A DNA stretch of 64,000 nt from an uncultured Gammaproteobacteria bacterium (GTDB lineage: Bacteria > Pseudomonadota > Gammaproteobacteria > SZUA-229): assembly GCA_963803185.1 (NCBI GenBank), contig CAWDMF010000013.1, positions 12,067-76,066 of the forward strand, read 5' to 3'. Made by a program: the position numbers and the translations under genes. Below the pieces are notes generated by a model, which searched no databases, was not told where the DNA came from, and saw nothing but the letters and a program-made list of their open reading frames with translations. Shown in pieces: positions 30,278-39,087 of this stretch (its first letter is position 1; the number at the start of each line of letters is the position of its first letter).

Positions 30278-31014
30278 CGCAGCTCCTTCACCTTCGGCAT
30301 GTAGTTGAGCGTGAACACCTCGTCCGGAAAATCGCGGGCCTGGACTTTTGCAAACAGCATGACCGCCTTGTAGCCCTTGTACAGAGGGCTGTCGGTCTCG
30401 AGCATGGAAGGCCGCCGGATACCGTCGCCGAAGTCCTTGATTTCGCTGTAACGGAGCCGCTTGATCAACAAACCGCTGGCAGCGAAAGCCTCAATCGACA
30501 GCGGTAGCAGGGAACTTTTATCCACCACCATAGCCAGGCGATCATAGGCCACGGAGCCCGTCCTGGCCTTCAGTGACAGCTTGTAGTTGTCAGCCACTTC
30601 CTCGATGGTCTCGACGTTGTATTCAGTGCTGAACTCCAGTCGCATCAAGTCGGAATTATTGAAGATGCCGCCAACGACCGATTGCAGGCTGGTGATGCGG
30701 ATCGGTTTGCCCACATCGGGGATGAACAGCCACATGTTGTCGCCACGGCGAAGGGTGGTGCGACCGGCGTCGGTGGACGGCTCCAGGAACAACGCAACCA
30801 TGCTGTCACGACCTTTTTTGGCGGTATATAAGACGAATTCCTTGCGCTTACCGTCCGGTTCAACATTGATGAGTTTGCGATACATCTCGTACGACTCGGG
30901 GGCCAGGTTGCGATCCACCTGTTGCAGAATCGACTGCCCGTCAACAGCGTGGACACTGGCGGCGGCGCACAGCAGGATCACTACAGCCAGCAAGATTGGT
31001 CGCCTCATGTTCAC
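30274..31014 (-). CDS. periplasmic LolA-like (outer membrane lipoprotein-sorting protein family) carrier protein
   Basis: 246 aa with signal peptide MNMRRPILLAVVILLCAAASVHA; size/composition and operon context with MacB-type ABC typical of LolA-like proteins. Confidence 0.4.
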   Translation of the reverse strand: MNMRRPILLAVVILLCAAASVHAVDGQSILQQVDRNLAPESYEMYRKLINVEPDGKRKEFVLYTAKKGRDSMVALFLEPSTDAGRTTLRRGDNMWLFIPDVGKPIRITSLQSVVGGIFNNSDLMRLEFSTEYNVETIEEVADNYKLSLKARTGSVAYDRLAMVVDKSSLLPLSIEAFAASGLLIKRLRYSEIKDFGDGIRRPSMLETDSPLYKGYKAVMLFAKVQARDFPDEVFTLNYMPKVKELR

Positions 31015-31409
31015 TCGCCCCTCAATTCCTTGGCGACATCTTCGACAGTGCCACTGCGGCGGACAAAGCGTACTTTGCGTGCAACCATGACGTCCTCCAT
31101 CTTGGGCCCGACCATACCGCCGACGAGCACTGAGACACCCTTGTCGGCGAGTGTGGTGGCTGCCGCCGGTCCGATGCCGAACTCGAGATCAAGGTGGGGA
31201 TTGGCAAGGACCTCGATGGCTTTACCGTTGATATCGTAGAGGTGGAAATAGGGCGAAATGCCTGACAGCTTGCTGATCGACGACGTCAGTTCGGCACCCT
31301 CTGCCGCTATAGCGAAGTTATCGGCTTTGTAGGCGTCGGCTTCTTCGGCCGCAAAGGTCGACGTCAGCGTAAGGGTGACTAATGCGAAAAAGGAAAGTAC
31401 TCTGATCAT
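31011..31409 (-). CDS. secreted NifX/NafY-like dinitrogenase FeMo-cofactor-binding domain protein
   Basis: Signal peptide MIRVLSFFALVTLTLTSTFA; APYFHLYD...GKAIEVLAN and FGIGPAAATTLADKGVSVLVGGMVGPKM match PF02579 consensus (apyfliyd / ggaGi.aa.lL...gvdvv.tg.iGp). Confidence 0.55.
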   Translation of the reverse strand: MIRVLSFFALVTLTLTSTFAAEEADAYKADNFAIAAEGAELTSSISKLSGISPYFHLYDINGKAIEVLANPHLDLEFGIGPAAATTLADKGVSVLVGGMVGPKMEDVMVARKVRFVRRSGTVEDVAKELRGE

Positions 31410-31468
31410 AATGTTTCTCCTGGTGAAGACACAAACTCGCCGCTATCCAGCATGTTCGTATCCGGGGT

Positions 31469-32905
31469 TCATACGTGCCTTAATGCCTTGATCGGGTTCA
31501 TCCGCGAGGCCTTCCAGGCGGGCTGTAAACTTGCCAGGACCGCGACGAGTATGGTCAGCAGCCCGGTGATAATGACATCGGAGGCGGATATTGAGGGTAC
31601 CAGGATGAGATTATCCTGGCGCCCGAAGGCGATAGTGAAGGTCATCCGGTTGGCGATCCCAATGGCAGCAAGGCTGATCGCGGTCCCGATCACCGTCCCG
31701 ACGAAACCAAGAAGGAAACCCTCGCTGACGAACAGCGCCAGGATCGTAGCAGGTTTTGTGCCAATGGCGGAGATGGTGCCAATCTCCCGGATGCGTTCAT
31801 ATACTGCCATGATTAACACGTTCATGACGCTGATCAATACCACAGAAATCAGGATAATCCGGATGAACAGGGTCATCAGGTCTATCATGTCAGCAATCTT
31901 GGAAAACGGCACGAATTTCTGCCAGGGGTGTATCTGAAAAATGGTCAGCCCACGGCGGTTTTTCAATTCAGCGACTTTGGCCTCGAGACTGGCGAGCGTA
32001 ATTTCCTGCATGCCGCGATCACGCAATCGGATCGCGATCTCACTGACCTCGGAAGGTTGTCCCCAGCCTCTTTCGCTGAACAGCTTGCGCGTTGCGGGCA
32101 AAAACTCGTCGGTATCAGTGAGCGGAACCGGTGGTTGCTCGGCCAGTGCCGCGTCTCGCTTCAATTTGAGGCTGTCAACGGGGGCTTCGGCCGGCGCCTC
32201 GGCATAACCAAGACCCGCAAGTAATTCCTGTTCGACCGCCTGTTCCTCTATGCGCAGGAGTTCGCGCGCGTCGTCGATATGGAGGTAGCCGTCTCGACCG
32301 CCCGGACCGGAGATACTCTCAAGGATGCCCTGTACCACAAAGGTCTTGCCATTGACCGAACCGTCCTTGTTGGTTGCCACCAGCACAACGGTATCACCCA
32401 CCTTGACTTTCATGCCGTTGGCGATGAGCTCCGGGACCTGGATTTTGCCTTTTTCCACCAGGGGTGAGGACGTGCCGCCGGCGAACACCCGCTGGGTGAC
32501 CTGTGGCACGGTGGCGACCTCGCGATCGGGGTAGACGCCGTTGAGTCGGATGCTGGTGGTGCTGGCGAAATTGCTGAACATGGCCATCAACTTGATCCGC
32601 GGCGACCACGCCTCGATCTCGTCGGTTTCGTCAAGGCTCTGGTAAAGCTTGACCAGCATTCGTGGCCGCATGTTGCGATCGACGGGCAGGCTTTCCATGG
32701 CACCGACATAACCGCGACGGTGAACCTGGAGGTGTCCCACCATGGAGTCGGTGAATTGCGATACCATCATGGTCTTGAACGAGCCGGCAACCGCGATAAA
32801 TAGTAACACGGCTACCAGGCCCACGGTGATCAGAAGCGAGGTCAGAATAGTGCGTCGCTTGTAGCGCAGCAGGTTGCGACCCGCGATCTTGAGTACGTCA
32901 TTCAT
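31469..32905 (-). CDS. ABC transporter permease, FtsX/MacB/LolCE-type with about 300-aa periplasmic domain (ORF extends to 33028 but probable start MNDVLKIAGRNLLRYKRR at 32905)
   Basis: N-terminal TM, large periplasmic domain, C-terminal 3 TM helices ending ...SLQPAWKASRMNPIKALRHV typical of FtsX family. Confidence 0.75.
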   Translation of the reverse strand: MNDVLKIAGRNLLRYKRRTILTSLLITVGLVAVLLFIAVAGSFKTMMVSQFTDSMVGHLQVHRRGYVGAMESLPVDRNMRPRMLVKLYQSLDETDEIEAWSPRIKLMAMFSNFASTTSIRLNGVYPDREVATVPQVTQRVFAGGTSSPLVEKGKIQVPELIANGMKVKVGDTVVLVATNKDGSVNGKTFVVQGILESISGPGGRDGYLHIDDARELLRIEEQAVEQELLAGLGYAEAPAEAPVDSLKLKRDAALAEQPPVPLTDTDEFLPATRKLFSERGWGQPSEVSEIAIRLRDRGMQEITLASLEAKVAELKNRRGLTIFQIHPWQKFVPFSKIADMIDLMTLFIRIILISVVLISVMNVLIMAVYERIREIGTISAIGTKPATILALFVSEGFLLGFVGTVIGTAISLAAIGIANRMTFTIAFGRQDNLILVPSISASDVIITGLLTILVAVLASLQPAWKASRMNPIKALRHV

Positions 32906-33602
32906 GGCTTGCACCCTCATCTTTTGTCTGCCGTCGCACATGGCCGTCCTCGAGTACGAAGGTCTCCTCAGCCTCGGCCATGATCTTGGGATCGTGCGTC
33001 GAGAACACGAAGGTGGTACCAAATTCATCCCGGAGTTGTCGCATCAGCCCGATGATCCGGAGGGCCGTTGAGCGATCGAGATTCGCGGTTGGCTCGTCGG
33101 CAAGCACCAGCCTGGGATTCGTCACCAGGGCGCGGGCCACGGCGACCCGCTGCTTCTGGCCACCGGACAGCTGATCGGGACGTTTATCGGCCTGGTCAGA
33201 GATACCCGCTGCGGCCAGCAGGCTAAGGATCCGCTCGCGGCGACGCTGCAGGGGCCATTTCTGCACCATGATCAGCGGGTATTCCACATTCTCGTATACC
33301 GTAAGCACAGGAATAAGATTGAAGTCCTGAAAGACGAAGCCGATGTTCTCTCCACGGAATACCGCTGCTGCGTGATGGTCGAGTGTCGATACGTCCGTGC
33401 CGCTGACGGTGAGGCGGCCATCGGTCGGTGGATCGAGGCAGCCGATCATGTTGAGCAGCGTACTCTTGCCGCTTCCGGAGGGCCCGACGAAGCAAACGAA
33501 TGATGCCGGCTCGATGCTAAAGTCGACGCCGCGAATCGCGTGGACCGTCACATCGCCGGTGCGGTAATCCTTAACCAGATTTTCTGCGGTCACCAGGCTC
33601 AT
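32898..33602 (-). CDS. ABC transporter ATP-binding protein (MacB/LolD-type)
   Basis: Walker A GPSGSGKSTLLN, signature LSGGQKQRVAVARAL, Walker B LVLADEPT, H-loop; 234 aa. Confidence 0.85.
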   Translation of the reverse strand: MSLVTAENLVKDYRTGDVTVHAIRGVDFSIEPASFVCFVGPSGSGKSTLLNMIGCLDPPTDGRLTVSGTDVSTLDHHAAAVFRGENIGFVFQDFNLIPVLTVYENVEYPLIMVQKWPLQRRRERILSLLAAAGISDQADKRPDQLSGGQKQRVAVARALVTNPRLVLADEPTANLDRSTALRIIGLMRQLRDEFGTTFVFSTHDPKIMAEAEETFVLEDGHVRRQTKDEGASHE

Positions 33603-33706
33603 TGCCTGTCTCTCCTGTCTATCTGCGCGTCAGCCTTTTTCCTGCCCGTGGATCCCGCCTGCGGAGGTGCAAAGTCCAGTATCTCATCCAGGGCCCTCAT
33701 TACCGG

Positions 33707-34357
33707 CTATTTCTTCAGCTTTAACGGGTGTAACTGCTTGAGCAAGCCGGGTTCAGGTTCTTCGTCGTGGAGGTAACCTGGCGGCGGATAGATGGTCTCA
33801 CAAGTCCCCTCTTTGACCTCGGCCAATTCCCGCTGCGTCATGCAGACGTCGTAATTGCCAGGGCCACCATCCAGCTTGCCGTATCCGGGTCCATCCCACA
33901 ATACGTCAAAATCGCCCTCTCCGCCATAGAGCTGGTCGTCACCCGGCGCGCCAAACAGCCAGTCGTCACCGGGGCCGCCGTAAATGATATCAACACCGCG
34001 CGCGCCAAACAGGGAGTCAATGCCGGGGCCACCGCACAGGATGTCGTCCCCTGCGTCGCCGTGGACGACGTCGTTGCCAGGACCGGCGACGATGACATCA
34101 TTTTCGTCGCTACCCAGTATCAGGTCATGACCGGTAGTGCCCACACAAGTGGCTTTCTCGCCATGACAGAGCGGCACTTCGCTCAGGCCTGGCGGAAGAT
34201 AGGGGCACTTGATTACAGTATGAGCGGTCGTGTAGTCGGGGAAGGCTTCCTTGGTCACTTCGGGGCCCGCCGCCGTGGACATCGCGGCTAACGCGACGCT
34301 GATCGCAACAGCGATTTCGAAAAGACAAGAAACTCGGGATGATGATAAAACGCACAT
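33707..34357 (-). CDS. secreted RTX-like calcium-binding beta-roll protein (hemolysin-type GGxGxD repeats) with N-terminal Sec signal and Cys-containing flanks
   Basis: tandem nonapeptides GGPGIDSLF GARGVDIIY GGPGDDWLF GAPGDDQLY GGEGDFDVL; N-terminal hydrophobic signal, no C-terminal T1SS-type signal evident. Confidence 0.6.
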   Translation of the reverse strand: MCVLSSSRVSCLFEIAVAISVALAAMSTAAGPEVTKEAFPDYTTAHTVIKCPYLPPGLSEVPLCHGEKATCVGTTGHDLILGSDENDVIVAGPGNDVVHGDAGDDILCGGPGIDSLFGARGVDIIYGGPGDDWLFGAPGDDQLYGGEGDFDVLWDGPGYGKLDGGPGNYDVCMTQRELAEVKEGTCETIYPPPGYLHDEEPEPGLLKQLHPLKLKK

Positions 34358-34708
34358 TTTTTTATTCTCCTAATGTCATTTTTATTATTGTCCTTACAGT
34401 TGTTAAGTATACTCCCACTTTTCTAACGACATCAACCCTTCGGCTTCATTCTTTTGCAAAATTCAACCAATGCTCATCAGCTTTATTGCTGGTCAACAAT
34501 TTGTCGTACGAATACCCGATGTGCAGCTGACAGAATTCACCGATGCATTAACGCACGGCGAGATATTGCTGATGGCCGATGTATCACTTTTCGTGTTGCT
34601 GAAATTGAAAATCTTGTTCATAAGCAGCATCCAGAAGCGGCAGTTAGTGGTATAAGCTGGACAATGGATGGTTTCGGTATTTAACCTGGAGATTTTAAAA
34701 TAGCCGGG

Positions 34709-36058
34709 TTAAATAACCAAAAAATAGCCTGAACCAACAGCAGCGCATGCAGCAATTACGGAAACAATACCCGCTTTATATCTAAACAGGGCAATAAACG
34801 CTGCCGCACCGATGAAAGCTGAAAACCACTCAAAGTGGCCATCAAAACCTTGCGGCCAAAGCACATGGTAAGCAAAAAAAGTGGCAAGATTAAGAATGAC
34901 ACCAACCACCGCTGCGGTTATGCCGGTTAACGGGGCCGTAAACTTAACATCATCTCTGGTCGCTTCAACAGCGGGACCACCTAACAAAATAAAAAGAAAA
35001 GAAGGTAAAAAAGTAAACAAGGTGGCAATGCCTGCGCCTGCCGCGCCAGCTAAAAGTAACGAGTCAGGTCCAAAAATTTCTTTTGTCCAGGCGCCAACAA
35101 AACCCACAAAAGCCACAACCATAATCAGCGGTCCGGGTGTGGTTTCACCCAGGGCCAGGCCATCAATCATCTGGCTTCCGGTTAGCCATTGATATTGCTC
35201 AACACCACCTTGATAAACATAAGGTAAAACCGCATAAGCACCACCAAAAGTCACCAGTGCGGCTTTAGTAAAAAACCAGCTCATTTGTGTAAGCGTGCCC
35301 TGCCAGCCGTAAGCATTGATCAACATGATCATTACCGCGCCAGCAATGAACAGACCTATCAAAGAAAAAACCAGAAACCGGCCCCACTTAAACTGTGCAT
35401 GTTCAGGTGCGGGTGTGTCGTCATCAATAATGGCAGGCCCGTATGTCTCCTTCGAGGCACCATGGCCTGCACCCGCTTTAAAATGCTCAGGCGAAACATA
35501 GGACCCTATATAGCCGATTAAACCTGCCGCTAATACAATGTAAGGAAAAGATATCTCAAAAGCAAAAATAGCAATGAAGGCCAGTACAGCCATGAGACGC
35601 AGCACATTATTTTTTAACGCCCTGGAACCAATGCGGTAAGCAGCAAAGACCACTATCGCGGTAACAGCTGGTTTAATGCCGTATAAAACACCTTCAACCA
35701 CCGGCACATCACCATAAACCAGGTAAATCCATGTCAGACCAATAAGAATAAAAAGTGACGGCAGCACAAATAAAACACCCGCAGCAATACCACCCCAGAC
35801 ACCATGCATTAACCAGCCGATATAAGTTGCCAGCTGCTGCGCTTCTGGTCCAGGCAGTACCATGGTGTAATTAAGAGCATGCAAAAAACGATGTTCAGAA
35901 ATCCACCGGCGCTTTTCTACCAGCTCCTGATGCATCATGCTTATCTGGCCCGCTGGTCCACCAAAACTGATAAATCCTAACTTAAGCCAGTACATAACGG
36001 CTTCGAAAAATGAAACGGGCTCAGGTTGCCCTGTTAATTCCTTTGTATTTGAAGCCAT
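34709..36058 (-). CDS. chrA: chromate ion transporter ChrA (CHR family, two-domain); ORF extends to GTG at 36112
   Basis: FISFGGPAGQISMM...LPGP and second-half FGGAYAVLPYV motifs. Confidence 0.8.
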   Translation of the reverse strand: MASNTKELTGQPEPVSFFEAVMYWLKLGFISFGGPAGQISMMHQELVEKRRWISEHRFLHALNYTMVLPGPEAQQLATYIGWLMHGVWGGIAAGVLFVLPSLFILIGLTWIYLVYGDVPVVEGVLYGIKPAVTAIVVFAAYRIGSRALKNNVLRLMAVLAFIAIFAFEISFPYIVLAAGLIGYIGSYVSPEHFKAGAGHGASKETYGPAIIDDDTPAPEHAQFKWGRFLVFSLIGLFIAGAVMIMLINAYGWQGTLTQMSWFFTKAALVTFGGAYAVLPYVYQGGVEQYQWLTGSQMIDGLALGETTPGPLIMVVAFVGFVGAWTKEIFGPDSLLLAGAAGAGIATLFTFLPSFLFILLGGPAVEATRDDVKFTAPLTGITAAVVGVILNLATFFAYHVLWPQGFDGHFEWFSAFIGAAAFIALFRYKAGIVSVIAACAAVGSGYFLVI

Positions 36059-36224
36059 TAGATTCACTCTGAAAAACAAGCCGTTATTGTACACAACAGG
36101 CAGTTGAGACACTATTTAAGGAAGAAATATATGATTAATCCGGGCATTGAAGTAAATAGTGCAGCCTAACTGTATAACGACACTTTATGCTCAGCGGCGG
36201 AGTGAAAATTCTTTATCATTCCTT

Positions 36225-36255
36225 CCGCAAATGAACGCAAATACACGCAAATAAT
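36225..36255. repeat. solo half-arm of family-1 element (ccgcaaatgaacgcaaatacacgcaaat)
   Basis: matches arm motif without a partner arm nearby. Confidence 0.5.
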
Positions 36256-36390
36256 AATCTTTTTAACAACCACAAAAGTTATTTTTCTATACTTAAGCCG
36301 AATTTAGCATGGCTATGCAATATCCGGCGTAAGCAGACAATAAATAGCACCATCATGATGCACTTCTGTTCCACAAATAATATCTAGAGA

Positions 36391-36700
36391 CATGGATCGG
36401 AAGCACCTTGCTGAGACCGTCAGCCACAGGGCAGGTGTTTTGCTCCTGCAAAACCTGCACTTCCACCGTCCGTGGTGGTCGGATGTGGCTGCCGAGCCCC
36501 CATGGATGGGTTTACGGCGTGTCTCAGCAAGGTGCTTACGGTTCATGTCGGTTGTAAACAATGCTTTTAAGCAGATACACTGGCACCGAGACATGAATTG
36601 TGTGTTACCGCCAAAGACACGCCGTAAACCCATCCATGGGGGCTCGAACCCCGCATCCATGCGTGATACGGTCTTTGGCGGTAACACGCAACCCATGCCT
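36391..36700. repeat. complex block of interleaved GC-rich inverted repeats (three or more overlapping hairpin pairs)
   Basis: catggatcggaagcaccttgctgagac / gtctcagcaaggtgcttacggttcatg; gagcccccatggatgggtttacggcgtgtc / gacacgccgtaaacccatccatgggggctc; tgtgttaccgccaaagac / gtctttggcggtaacacg. Confidence 0.7.
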
Positions 36701-36790
36701 CTCATATTTGTGAAACCGAAGTGCATCATGATGGTGCTATTTATAAATCAGACCCTGTCGCAGATATCAGGGTTAAAATATTTAATGATG

Positions 36791-37942
36791 CTATTCCAGG
36801 TGCTCCGCCAAAACGTTTCTTAACTGCTCAGCCAGGGCGGTACTGTATACATCACCATCATCATCGGTTGCTTGTGAATTTTCGGCATCTTTAACTTCGA
36901 TTTGAATAACACCACCCATGTCGGTGAACTCAAGACGATATTGTCGGTTTTTATTTAATGCAATATTTTTTTCATCTGAATCAGTGAATAATTGCATTAA
37001 CCAGCTGGATTGGGACAAATCATCATCGTCTTCTTCTATCTTAAGTTCTTCTGAAGAAATTTTGCTAACACCAAAGTTAATCATATTGTTGGCTTTATCT
37101 TCAATAATATTCTGCATTCGCATGCGATCCAGTGCACGCATCGACCGGCGCCAGACAAAATCCATACTGCCCTTCATGGTCAACGCGATTGTATTTGTGC
37201 TATCAATTTTTATCAGTGAACTATAAGGACGATAGTTTTCCAGCAATGCTACAGACTGCTCTTTGCTTAAACCGGCAAATACAGCCATGCGAGAAATAAT
37301 CTCGCGCTCCGCTTCTAAATTGCTTGGTTGCGATACCCAGATATATTCATCAGCAAATTCACCACGAACCTGGCGCTCGATTCTCGAATGTGCAACGTAT
37401 ATGCGCGTTTTACGGTCAAGATCAAAACGTTCAACACGGAGGCGAAATTTATCTTTTACGTCCGGTTCAAATTTCTGGAACATCGATCTGAAAAAGCCTT
37501 TTTCATCACCTAGCCGTTCTGTCCAGTCGGTTTCCATAAAACCAAGTAATGGGCGCTTCTCCACCAGCTCTATACCTTCTGCCTCCCAGAATTCAAGCAA
37601 TCTTGGCCACACTTTTTCGACCTCGTTATCAACTTCAATCCAGCTGCTGCCGGCAAAACTCACCATGCGTACGCCATCAAATTTCGGCGTGATCACGGTA
37701 TCCAGCTTGTTATTATCACGAAATTGCTGCAGCGCTTCTTCTGTAGGTTTCGCCACTCTAAGCTCATCAGCGGTATCCGGTTCGGTTAGATCAGGCGGCA
37801 CTTCCAGATTTTTATAATATTCTGCTCCCTGATAAACCGGGCGCTCATCACCACCGAACAGGCCACAGGATGCGCTGCTTAGTGCCATCAAAACCAAACC
37901 GAGATACTTCAACGTATCAAACATCGTACTATATAACCTCAT
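36791..37942 (-). CDS. bamC: outer membrane protein assembly factor BamC (NlpB lipoprotein)
   Basis: lipobox LSSASC after signal, downstream of dapA as in E. coli, 383 aa with acidic linker. Confidence 0.75.
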   Translation of the reverse strand: MRLYSTMFDTLKYLGLVLMALSSASCGLFGGDERPVYQGAEYYKNLEVPPDLTEPDTADELRVAKPTEEALQQFRDNNKLDTVITPKFDGVRMVSFAGSSWIEVDNEVEKVWPRLLEFWEAEGIELVEKRPLLGFMETDWTERLGDEKGFFRSMFQKFEPDVKDKFRLRVERFDLDRKTRIYVAHSRIERQVRGEFADEYIWVSQPSNLEAEREIISRMAVFAGLSKEQSVALLENYRPYSSLIKIDSTNTIALTMKGSMDFVWRRSMRALDRMRMQNIIEDKANNMINFGVSKISSEELKIEEDDDDLSQSSWLMQLFTDSDEKNIALNKNRQYRLEFTDMGGVIQIEVKDAENSQATDDDGDVYSTALAEQLRNVLAEHLE

Positions 37943-37972
37943 TAATGATGTACTCCGACCGGCTTTGCTGGT

Positions 37973-38848
37973 CTATTGTGTCGCCTGCTGCATGGCTTCC
38001 CGCAGTGGCTGATGGAATTCTTCTGCAAATTCTATCAACGGCAGACGTATGCCAGGGAGAATAAGTTTCATTTCAGACAGCGCCCATTTTACGGGGATCG
38101 GGTTGGCTTCAAGAAATAACCGGGTATGCAACCCGGTTAAAGGCTGGTTTATGGATTCCGCTAGCGCACGATCACCTGCCAATGCAGCTTCGCACATTGC
38201 CGCCATGGCTTTAGGCGCAACATTGCTGGTCACTGAAATAACCCCATGACCACCACGCAGCAAAAACTCGGTCCCGGTTGCATCATCACCACTGTACAAA
38301 CCAAATGCCGCACCATCCAGCAATGCCTGGGTCTCGGCGAGACGATCCAGATCGCCAGTGGCATCTTTAAGGCCGACGATGTTATCAATTTCAGATAGTC
38401 GCTTAACCGTTTCAGGCAACATGTCTACCGCGGTACGGCCTGGGACGTTATACAGGATTTGTGGGATATCAACCGTCTCAGCAATTTTTTTATGGTGTAA
38501 ATACAGGCCCTGTTGCGGTGGTTTATTGTAATACGGCGTGACCAGTAAACAGGCATCTGCACCACCTTGCTGGGCACAGCGCGTGAGTTCTATCGCTTCC
38601 CAGGTTGAATTAGCACCGGTACCGGCAATAACAGGAATACGGCCTTTAACCATTTCCACTGTGCGAGCCATCACCTCGCAGTGTTCGTCCATATTCAGTG
38701 TCGCAGATTCACCCGTCGTGCCCATTGACACAATCGCCGAGGTGTTATTTTCTATATGAAATTCAACCAGTTTAGCCAAACTTTGATAGTCGACACTGCC
38801 GTCAAGATGCATCGGCGTAACCAATGCAACCATACTGCCACGAAACAT
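37973..38848 (-). CDS. dapA: 4-hydroxy-tetrahydrodipicolinate synthase (ORF extends to 38890; probable start [12 protein letters not shown])
   Basis: [10 protein letters not shown]...GTTGES...Schiff-base Lys region, 292-305 aa. Confidence 0.9.
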   Translation of the reverse strand: MFRGSMVALVTPMHLDGSVDYQSLAKLVEFHIENNTSAIVSMGTTGESATLNMDEHCEVMARTVEMVKGRIPVIAGTGANSTWEAIELTRCAQQGGADACLLVTPYYNKPPQQGLYLHHKKIAETVDIPQILYNVPGRTAVDMLPETVKRLSEIDNIVGLKDATGDLDRLAETQALLDGAAFGLYSGDDATGTEFLLRGGHGVISVTSNVAPKAMAAMCEAALAGDRALAESINQPLTGLHTRLFLEANPIPVKWALSEMKLILPGIRLPLIEFAEEFHQPLREAMQQATQ

Positions 38849-39087
38849 GCCAAGAGTATTCATTAAAGGCCCCAAGAAAAGAAGGCGCACAGTTAATCAA
38901 TATTTCAGCTTTATTTCAATGATTTATCTTGCCAAATACAATTATTTTACTAGTCTTTATTTGAGGCCTTTAAGCGACATACTTTGGATAGTGACAAATC
39001 CATTGCAATACTTAGCCTATGCATAGCACCTGATTTTTCAGGTCAGATACAGAGTCATTCAAAAATTGAACAAAATGGGACACACAA

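Noticed and set aside
28039-31239. Numerous plus-strand ORFs inside the GC-rich island (e.g. 28417..28839, 28673..28990, 29903..30214, 30587..31090, 30922..31239)
   Set aside because: They are antisense to well-supported minus-strand genes. High GC suppresses stop codons, and the translations are Arg/Ala/Pro-rich without motifs.
36610-36660. tRNA-like T-arm (GGGGTTCGAGCCCC on the minus strand)
   Set aside because: No complementary acceptor stem. The flanks are direct (CATGGATG) rather than inverted repeats, and no D or anticodon arms could be built. Not a tRNA gene.
36313-36823. Two overlapping 138- and 143-aa ORFs on opposite strands (36313..36729 minus, 36392..36823 plus)
   Set aside because: Both arise from the same palindromic DNA and share mirrored peptide words. 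No protein-like composition. Called as a repeat block instead.
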